From Euryarchaeota archaeon UBA552 (GTDB lineage Archaea > Thermoplasmatota > Poseidoniia > Poseidoniales > Thalassarchaeaceae), in NCBI GenBank assembly GCA_002499585.1, contig DAMH01000011.1, positions 15,195 through 79,194 of the forward strand: DNA of 64,000 bases, given 5' to 3'. The notes under the pieces were generated by a model. It saw nothing but the letters and a program-made list of their open reading frames with translations. It did no database searches and was not told the origin of the DNA. The position numbers were made by a program, and so were the translations under genes. Each line of letters starts with the position of its first letter. Within the stretch, counting starts at the first letter, position 1. Shown here one piece after another: positions 10,401 through 19,376 of this stretch.

Positions 10401-13378
10401 TGAGTGGGAACGGCTCATCGCTCGTAAACAGAATCGGCTCGTCGCTACCGGTGGGAATTAATTTCCGACTGGACGGCTCAGACGATGGTTTCGGTCTGAA
10501 CTCGTTTTCGATAGCAACCAATGGGACGTGGAGCGTCAGGATGGTGCTTGATGGAGACACACCCAGGGGAAGCCATCTGGTAGAAGCTGTCTATTTGCCC
10601 GCTGTCCCCTACTTTTTGCAAAGCGAAGGCGCCGCAACCTTCGACAGCAGAGGATTTACTGCCACCACGGTAATCGATCCGCTGGACCTGGATCCAGATG
10701 GAAGAACCGTCCGAGGAGAAGACGTCACGATAAACGTCTCACTCATCGACAATACTGGGGATCCAGTTATCGCTTCAACAATCTCATTCTCCGTCAATGG
10801 ACAGTTCAATGGCACTGCGACGACAAATCAAGAGGGCATAGCAAGCTATACCCTGACTATAGATGACAAAACCAAACCAGGTTTCATGGAGGTAACCTCT
10901 ACTTTCCCCGGGCTCGCTGGGACCACAGGCCTCTCCAGCAGCACGGACACCGTGAGGATCGTGGTTTTAGCCCCAACAACAATCGATATCACATCGGTAT
11001 CCGGTACCGGAATAGCAGGGGAGAATCTTACATTCACAGGGACCCTGCTGGATGAACACGGATCCCAACTGATTGATTCAGACACACCTACCGCTGGGAT
11101 AATCCGTCTATCGGTGGATGGAGTTTCAATGGGTCCTGAATTCACTGTATTGAGTAATGCGACAACCGGTGAGTGGGAAATCACTATGACAATTCCCCTC
11201 GATGTGGTGTACGGATCACACAACGCGACCTTCGAATTCCTAGGCGGATTCACATGGGTGGACCCCATGGGCCAGGGCGATTCCCTGAATCCTGAGTTCT
11301 ACCTTCCGTCGAACTCGACAGTCGAGTATAATGCCACCCAGAATTCTCAGGTCATAATAACAACTCCTCCAACCAGTGTTGATAGGAACGACCTCTTGCT
11401 CATTGAGGGCAGAATAACCGACGGAATCGGACGTGTCCTTCCCGGCAGGTCGGTCTCTATTTCGATCGAAGGCAACTTTGTCACAGACTCAGTTGCGGAC
11501 AACGAGGGCAACTTCTCAGTATTCCTGCCAATTCCTTCTGACATGGAATTAGGTCCGAGAGTTGTCCGTGCAGCCTTCCTCGGAGAGATCTTCGTCCTGC
11601 CATCAAACGGTAGCACTGTTTTCACAGTTTACGCTCCTACCACCATATCGCTCGACCAAATCAGTCCTGCGGCTGTCGGAGATAAGATATCGATAACGGG
11701 GACCGTGAGTGACAACCTCCCTGGGGGTTTCATTCCCAACCACACTGTTGAGTTGGCTGTAGATGGCGTGTTCATCGGAGCCACGCTGACAGATCAAAAT
11801 GGGTCCTGGAACTTGCAGTGGACAGTTCCGGATTCCCTCGAGGTTGGGAATCATACGGTCAGAGTCACCGTGCCCCAACAAGGATATTACAGGGCGAGCA
11901 TGACCGAGGAAACACTCTCAATCGCATATCACACATCAATATCGCTCGAGATAGCCCAGCCTTCAGTGACCCGCGGGGATTCATGGATCGTCACCGGGAG
12001 GTTGTATGACGATGATACGATAGGCTCACCGGGCTTAGAAAACAGGGATCTCCTGGTTCAACTGGATGGTAATCTCGTTGCCGCTACGGTCACAGGGGCC
12101 AATGGCCTGTTCTCTCTCGAGATTCCAGTCGAAATTTCCGCCGCAAGGGGAGAGCACCTGATATCCATACAATACGAAGGTGAGACCCTGTACCTCCCTG
12201 CCACATCAAATTCATCTGTTATCGCCAAGTCGAATGTGGAGATTCAAGTCATATGGTCCGACGCCAGCGTCATCAGAAGTGACCCCAACAATCCAATCAA
12301 GATCGAGGGGAGGGTCCTAGAGGTAGGGGGAGATTCCGAAATCATCCGTGATATCGACGTTACCCTGTCGTGGAATGGCCAGGTCAAGCCCTCAACGCTG
12401 AGATGGGACGATTCAACCGGCCACTTTGAAATCGAGGCTCCATCGCTCGCCTCGTACCCCCCGGGCAACCTTGAGATGACCATCACCGCATCACCCCCTG
12501 CATCCCTATTCATGAATGAGGGCAATGTCAACTACACGATTTTGATGAGGGTGCCTGTTTTCTTCAACTTCGAACCTTCGTCATTCATCATATACGATGG
12601 CATCAGAACCATCGAAGGTAGAACGATTGTCACCGCCCAGGACACAAACGAGTTTGTAGAGGGGGTTGCGATAACAGCAATCCTCGTCAACAACACAGGG
12701 GCTGTGTTTACAGTCACAAAGGCGACGGATTCTGAAGGAATTGCAGATTACTCATTTTCAACTGAAGACCCAATACCTGAATTCTCTCGATCTGGTTATT
12801 GGGGGGACTTGAGCATAGAATTCAGCACCGACTCCGAGATCATAGATCCACAAGACAGAATTTGGCTAACAATCGCGCATGGAGGCCTGAACATCACATA
12901 TTTCGTCGAGGACTCACCGCTACTTAACCAACAGACCCTGATCATCGTATCGATTTTCAGCATCATAGCCCTCTCCACTTTGTTCTACTCGCGGCGAAGG
13001 AAGGCAAAGCGGCTCCGTGAGTTTTCAAACATATTTGGCTATGCAGCAGAACTACTCGCCGCCGGGGACGAAATAAGGGAAGCCATCTTCAACTGCTACG
13101 AGGGTTTGGTCTCTGTTCTGCAAAAGAGAGGGTTTCTCAGAAGAGACTTTGAGACTGTGAGGGAGTTCGAGGTTGCAATTAGGAAAGCCCTCCCGATACG
13201 GGAAGAGGCCCTAATTTCCTTAGACAGAGTCTTCGAAGAGGCCCGTTATTCGTCACATGAGCTTGGAGACTCAGAAAGGGCCCGCGCTAAGGCCGCACTA
13301 AGTGATGTATTGAGGGCAATAAGTGAGATGCAGGATGTTCCAGATAGGTCGGCGGAGTTAATCGAAGATGACTACTAA
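4445..13378 (+). CDS. Giant surface protein (2977 aa): signal peptide, acidic calcium-binding (thrombospondin type 3-like) repeats, transglutaminase-like core, tandem Ig-like repeats, C-terminal TM and DUF4129-like cytoplasmic domain
   Basis: Signal-like N-terminus [24 protein letters not shown]. Dozens of DxDxDGxxDxxE motifs ([37 protein letters not shown] and others). [30 protein letters not shown] plus downstream [10 protein letters not shown] and DLGWQPF fit the transglutaminase-like Cys-His-Asp core. About twelve ~90-aa repeats follow (ITGTVSDN..., IEGRITDG..., [11 protein letters not shown]...). Then TM [17 protein letters not shown] + RRRKAKR and a cytoplasmic tail with a TPREY-like motif (FETVREFEV), resembling DUF4129 of TgpA-type proteins. 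Confidence 0.75.
   Translation: [2977 protein letters not shown]
4560..6600 (+). repeat. Coding region packed with acidic calcium-binding (thrombospondin type 3-like) repeats in the 2977-aa protein
   Basis: Recurring Asp-rich motifs D-x-D-x-DG-(L/I/M)-x-D-x-x-E and GWExxxGLDP throughout aa ~40-720 of the product. Confidence 0.6.
7180..7530 (+). other. Transglutaminase-like (cysteine protease fold) core domain inside the 2977-aa protein
   Basis: [27 protein letters not shown] holds the candidate catalytic Cys. [12 protein letters not shown] holds the His. [11 protein letters not shown] holds the Asp. Order and spacing match the transglutaminase-like superfamily. Confidence 0.6.
9350..12780 (+). 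repeat. About twelve tandem ~270-bp coding repeats encoding Ig-like / carboxypeptidase-regulatory-like beta-sandwich domains
   Basis: Periodic motif of the form G(D/E)x(F/I)x(V/I)xGx(V/L)xDxxGxP(V/I)...V...(V/L)...G...(T/S)...G.(F/W)(S/N)....P, recurring roughly every 90 aa from [27 protein letters not shown] to [24 protein letters not shown]. Confidence 0.55.
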
Positions 13379-13791
13379 TCTCTATCGAAAATTAGGCTCA
13401 ATGCGTTTTCGGAGAAAAATGCACCAAGAAGCCTGTCTGCACGCGGGTGGTTCATCAATGCCAGCTGCATTCCAAAGCCATCAGTAACCATGACTTCCAC
13501 CCCCTTATCAGTAACTCTTTGATACACATCGACTCTGTCATATTGCTCGGCGTTTATGGATATTAGACGGCCTTTTACAGTCTCCGTCTTCACTTGTGAG
13601 GGTTCACTAATGCTGTTGGATAGTTTCAAAACAGGTGATTTCTGATGATACCATCCTGCTTCTGAATGCCCGAGATGGTCTAGAAATGCCTTATGATTTT
13701 CCTCAGCAGTAGTTTCTAAGCCCTTTGAACTGAGCGTATCGTAAACGTCCAGCCTTGATGCAAGCAGTACCTCAACGGGACCCCAATCCAT
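13375..13791 (-). CDS. Hypothetical protein (138 aa), last gene of the RHH-XPD operon
   Basis: ORF 35 bp downstream of the XPD-like helicase stop on the same strand. No recognisable motif. Its stop overlaps the 2977-aa gene stop by 4 bp, convergently. Confidence 0.4.
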   Translation of the reverse strand: MDWGPVEVLLASRLDVYDTLSSKGLETTAEENHKAFLDHLGHSEAGWYHQKSPVLKLSNSISEPSQVKTETVKGRLISINAEQYDRVDVYQRVTDKGVEVMVTDGFGMQLALMNHPRADRLLGAFFSENALSLIFDRD

Positions 13792-13826
13792 GATTGCCCT
13801 ACTACAGGGGCGTCAATTAACCTATG

Positions 13827-15875
13827 TTATGGATATCGTGAAAAGAACCTTCTGACGAGCCTGCCCGTAACATCAGAATCTGCGCTGGGGATCGTTATGA
13901 TGTTCTTTGGGAGCAGCTTGGAATATGTCCTCTCCAAGAATCTATTTTCCAAGAGTACTAAAATTGCCCTGTCGTCTTCTTTTCTAATCGGCCTTCCGAT
14001 CGCCTGCAGAACAGAGTTCACGGCCGGTTGGCCAGAGGAGTATCTCCAACCCTTGTCTCTGCCATATCTCTTTGACATGTATTCAATGGTCGCTCTTTGG
14101 CGTGAGGATGGCGGAGGAACTGGAAGGCCCACAGCGACAACTGCGGAGAGAATGCCGCCGGAGTAGTCAACTCCCTCCGAAAATCTTCCTCCCATTACAC
14201 CAAACAAGACGGTCTTAGTCCGGCTGTCTGTCAGGGACCTGATGACCTTTGAAACATCAGATTTTGACATTCCTGATTCTTCATCCTTGATTCTGAACGC
14301 CTTTGGTATCCAATCTGTAGTTTCAATAATCTCTGACATCATAGCGTAGCTCGGGGCGAACACAGCTACGTTGCCCGGAGTTTGATCCAGAACTTCCTTG
14401 ACATGAGACCTTATTCTCTTCAAGTTCTCTTTTCCTCTTTTGGTGTATTTGCTGGTTACATCGGAACATATGATGATCGGCCTCCTATCTTGGGCGAATG
14501 GCGAACTGTAGGCCCTCTCTTCATAAGAACCCGAAGTCAAACCAAGCATGTCACCATACATCGATGTCGGGTGCAGCGTGCCCGACATGAGAACAGAACC
14601 CTTCGCTTTGGATATAATCGTCGAGGATATCACCGCTGGATCGAGTAAACAGCTGGTCACCCTGCCCTCATCACCGACTAAATCGAAGACGAGTGCCATA
14701 GCATCGGATTTTTCAAATCTCAATATCGTCTCAAGAAAAGCAAGAAATCTCAAACATGATGTCCCGGTTTCTTCCTCCCCATCGCTGTCGTCGATTGTAA
14801 CCTTGCCAAGGAGAATTGAAAATTCCCTGAATGTAGAGCTCCAATCATTAGTTGTCAATGAGGACAAGAACGAGGTTTTGATCACCTCTACGAGATCCGA
14901 AGCCTCCACTAAAATGTCATTGTGTTCAGAATCGTCGATATCATCCATCTTCGTCGCCATCCAGGACGATACCTCTTCTTCGATTCTCTTGAAACAACTA
15001 ATGGCCACAGATGATACCGCAATGTCTTCGTGCCCAACTTTATTTTTCTCCAGGTTCTCCTTGTATTCCTCCACTTCATATCTTGCAGATTTGATCATTT
15101 TAACAGTAAGGCGAAGTTCCAATCCCATTTTTATGCGATCAGGAAGGTTGTGGGCCTCGTCGATTATCAGTGATGAAGATTGCAGATCGATAGACATGGA
15201 AGAGAGGGACGATTCACTCACAGACTCAACGAAAACGTGGTTGTAATCCAATACAATTACTTCGGCTTCCCTGGCGGCTTCTATGGAACATGCATATGGG
15301 CATACCCCCTCCACCTTGGCATTTCTTATGGTCTCCTCTGCATGTCTGGGCTCGCTCAATATCCACCTACGCAAGAAAGAGCGACGGGCACCTAGAGCCT
15401 TCTCGTTTTGACCTTCTTCACAGAAGCACTTTCTGTCTATTGTCAAGTTGCCACACATTGACTCCCGACCGATCAGGTCTACTACCGTGACTTCGGGGGT
15501 TCCCGCTGGTACCTTTCGATTTAATTCACGTAGTGTATCGATGACAATTCTATGTTGGCTTTGCCTTCCTGTGAGGAATAGGAGCTTGTCGACGCCCTCT
15601 TTTCCCCTCATGACCGAGAGCGCAGAAGAAAGAGATGCTGCGGTTTTACCAAGGCCCGTTGGAGCCTCTGCCACAATGGACTGGCCATCCTGTAACGACA
15701 GATATGCATCCCGCATGAACCTATCTTGTTGATCTCTGGCCGCCTGGTGGGCGAAATATTCCGTCCACGGCCCGTCCGCACCTGCATGCACAATTGTTTT
15801 GTCGTATTCGGCCGAACAAGAATATTGGGTTCCGGAGGATCGATCGTCAGCAATGCCGTGACATGTCGATACCAC
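13827..15875 (-). CDS. Rad3/XPD-family SF2 DNA helicase with Fe-S cluster domain
   Basis: Walker A AEAPTGLGKTAASL. DEAH box IIDEAHNL. Cys cluster between the motifs (C-x-C...C...C, including CGNLTIDRKCFCEE), typical of the XPD/DinG 4Fe-4S insertion. C-terminal helicase motifs are present. Confidence 0.8.
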   Translation of the reverse strand: MVSTCHGIADDRSSGTQYSCSAEYDKTIVHAGADGPWTEYFAHQAARDQQDRFMRDAYLSLQDGQSIVAEAPTGLGKTAASLSSALSVMRGKEGVDKLLFLTGRQSQHRIVIDTLRELNRKVPAGTPEVTVVDLIGRESMCGNLTIDRKCFCEEGQNEKALGARRSFLRRWILSEPRHAEETIRNAKVEGVCPYACSIEAAREAEVIVLDYNHVFVESVSESSLSSMSIDLQSSSLIIDEAHNLPDRIKMGLELRLTVKMIKSARYEVEEYKENLEKNKVGHEDIAVSSVAISCFKRIEEEVSSWMATKMDDIDDSEHNDILVEASDLVEVIKTSFLSSLTTNDWSSTFREFSILLGKVTIDDSDGEEETGTSCLRFLAFLETILRFEKSDAMALVFDLVGDEGRVTSCLLDPAVISSTIISKAKGSVLMSGTLHPTSMYGDMLGLTSGSYEERAYSSPFAQDRRPIIICSDVTSKYTKRGKENLKRIRSHVKEVLDQTPGNVAVFAPSYAMMSEIIETTDWIPKAFRIKDEESGMSKSDVSKVIRSLTDSRTKTVLFGVMGGRFSEGVDYSGGILSAVVAVGLPVPPPSSRQRATIEYMSKRYGRDKGWRYSSGQPAVNSVLQAIGRPIRKEDDRAILVLLENRFLERTYSKLLPKNIITIPSADSDVTGRLVRRFFSRYP

Positions 15876-16024
15876 GCCAGATGTTATTATTTCCTGACGT
15901 TCTTTGATTATCGCTCTTCAATCGCGCAATTATTCCATTAAAGGGTCCTGAGGGTGTGGAGGAGCAGATTTCCTGCTCCTCCACGACATCCGAGTGCATC
16001 CCATCCCCACTCATTGTCTCCACC

Positions 16025-16384
16025 TCATGCTTGTAATGAATCATCATCGTTGGCTGTACTTTCAATTCGGGCCTCAAGAGCCCTGTCAAGAGCATTAGAA
16101 AGTGATATCTCCCTTTCCATGTACAACCTAGCTCCAGATTGCAATACGCTCCCCACGTCTTCTCCTCTGTGGTCGCAGAATCTATTCAGGGTTCTCGAAA
16201 GATCAGACCCTATCTTCACTTCGATCTTGTCTGATGTGAAATCTCCTCCAGATAGGAACCTGCGGACTGACTCCCTGATAACATCAGAGCGATTCCTGAA
16301 TCCATCGGTCCCAACCCTTTGATCTAACTGTAAAATCTGCTCTTCTGTGAGTCTGATCGAGACCAAGGCAGTGGGAGTGACCAT
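16025..16384 (-). CDS. Ribbon-helix-helix (CopG/NikR-like) transcriptional regulator
   Basis: N-terminal VSIRLTEEQILQLDQRVGTDGFRNRSDVIRESVRRFL is a classical RHH motif (beta-strand then two helices). Sits upstream of XPD on the same strand. Confidence 0.6.
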   Translation of the reverse strand: MVTPTALVSIRLTEEQILQLDQRVGTDGFRNRSDVIRESVRRFLSGGDFTSDKIEVKIGSDLSRTLNRFCDHRGEDVGSVLQSGARLYMEREISLSNALDRALEARIESTANDDDSLQA

Positions 16385-16430
16385 AGCGACCGTGAGTCAT
16401 CAGAAGGACGGGCAGTATATCAATGTATCA

Positions 16431-16464
16431 CATTTGAAATACAATTGTAATACAAATTTGAAAC
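16431..16464. promoter_or_regulatory. Candidate operator: perfect 10-bp palindrome TACAATTGTA flanked by direct ATTTGAAA repeats in a divergent promoter region
   Basis: Sequence cATTTGAAAT-ACAATTGTA-ATACAAATTTGAAAc lies in the AT-rich 124-bp gap between the RHH regulator (minus strand) and the HD hydrolase (plus strand). A TATAT element is nearby at 16415-16420. Confidence 0.3.
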
Positions 16465-16508
16465 TGGCCAATCTGCTATCCTAAAACCAATTTGATGATT
16501 GAATTCAA

Positions 16509-17846
16509 GTGCAATACGTCACACGAAGCAGTGTGAAGGTCATCAACGATGCCATTCATGGCGACTTCTCCTTGGAAGGTGTGAGGGAAGAATTACTGGC
16601 GACACCCGAGTTTAACAAGTTGAGCCATATCAAGCAATTGGGATTGGCACACCTTATTTTCCCGGGCGCCCATCATACGAGGTTTGAACATTCACTGGGC
16701 GTTTCTCACGTTGCCGGCCTGATGGCGGATTCCATAGGACTCAGCCCGACAGAAAAGCAAATCGTACAGGTTGCGGGCATGCTGCACGATGTAGGTCATG
16801 GCCCATATTCACACACATTAGAACACATTCTGCATAGCAGAGGCGGTAAAGATCACATGAGTATAACAGAGGGTATAATCACAGGCTCCTATGACGTCGT
16901 TGGAGAGACAGAATCTGTTTCTGTCGGCCCTCGCCAATCAATCCCTGAGATATTAGAGAAGCACGGCGTTGATCCAAAGGAGGTTTCGAGACTTATCAGG
17001 GGTCCAGACGCATCTGGCACAGAGAGAAGCTTATTCGATTGGGAGGAAGGCGGCCAGGAATTCCATTCAGAAGATGTGACTCTAGCGAACATGGTCCATG
17101 GGCCGGTGGATTGTGACCAAATAGACTACCTGATGAGAGATGCGCATTTCACAGGGGTAAAACACGGATCAATTGACCATATGCGGCTGATTCGGTCTCT
17201 TCGTAAGAGAGGAGGTAACATAGCGGTCGACGAAGGAGGATTGGCTGCATTGGAGGGGATGCTGATGGCAAGAGGTCTGATGTACAGTGCAGTCTATTTC
17301 CATAGGGTCACGCGAGTCACAGAGGTGATGTTATCCAGAGCGGTCGAACGGAGCGAAGAGAACCTTCCAGATGCCGAGGAGATGCAAAGAAAAATAGACT
17401 CAGAGATATGGGCTGACCTCAATAAAGCAGGAGGGTATGCTAGGGACATCATCACACGACTGAAATACCGAAAATTGTTCAAAATAGCATCTACATTCCG
17501 CAGAGAGGACCTTACAAAAGATCAAGTTTCGAGTCTGGGGAAAATTGCAACCAATCCTGAACACAGGAGGGCTGTGGAAGACGATATCGCAAAAAGGGCC
17601 GGGCTGGATCCAGGCTATGTCGCCGTTGATGTCCCCAGTGCAAAACTACTGTTGTCAGAGCCGAGAATGAGTCAGGTCGATGTTCGTATAATCGGGGACG
17701 ATGGAAAGACCAGATGGTTACACGACCATACTCCCATAGCAGATGCATTGAAACGCAGGCAAGTAAGCCAATCAGTCGCTTACTTGATGACCATTCCCGG
17801 TCATGAAAAAAAGGTGTCTGAACTATTCCAAAGACACTTAATGTGA
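16509..17846 (+). CDS. HD-domain phosphohydrolase, dGTPase/SAMHD1-like
   Basis: TRFEHSLGVSHVAGLMA ... MLHDVGHGPYSH is the HD metal-binding motif in the dNTP triphosphohydrolase-like arrangement. A further DxxxRD-like stretch (DYLMRDAHFTGV) is present. Confidence 0.7.
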   Translation: MQYVTRSSVKVINDAIHGDFSLEGVREELLATPEFNKLSHIKQLGLAHLIFPGAHHTRFEHSLGVSHVAGLMADSIGLSPTEKQIVQVAGMLHDVGHGPYSHTLEHILHSRGGKDHMSITEGIITGSYDVVGETESVSVGPRQSIPEILEKHGVDPKEVSRLIRGPDASGTERSLFDWEEGGQEFHSEDVTLANMVHGPVDCDQIDYLMRDAHFTGVKHGSIDHMRLIRSLRKRGGNIAVDEGGLAALEGMLMARGLMYSAVYFHRVTRVTEVMLSRAVERSEENLPDAEEMQRKIDSEIWADLNKAGGYARDIITRLKYRKLFKIASTFRREDLTKDQVSSLGKIATNPEHRRAVEDDIAKRAGLDPGYVAVDVPSAKLLLSEPRMSQVDVRIIGDDGKTRWLHDHTPIADALKRRQVSQSVAYLMTIPGHEKKVSELFQRHLM

Positions 17847-17942
17847 TCATAAAATTATGCTAACTAGAGTACCATTCAAAAGGGGAGTTCGGGTACGCGT
17901 GAGCGGAGGTACCAAAGTCAGGAACCTTCAGATGAGATGTGA

Positions 17943-19301
<1,359 letters not shown>

Positions 19302-19308
19302 AACGGGA

Positions 19309-19316
19309 TTTTTTGC
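19309..19316 (+). terminator. Oligo-T tract after the gdhA stop; candidate archaeal intrinsic terminator
   Basis: GGGATTTTTTGCG sits 8 bp after the gdhA stop codon. Archaeal RNAP terminates at T-tracts. Confidence 0.3.
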
Positions 19317-19376
19317 GTCCTAAACTTAAGACCGCGTCGAGCAACATTCATTCGCCTCCGAGCCTGGGGATAGGCT

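Noticed and set aside
14548-15246. 232-aa plus-strand ORF inside the XPD helicase gene
   Set aside because: It is antisense to a well-supported helicase with intact Walker A, DEAH and Fe-S motifs, so it is a shadow ORF.
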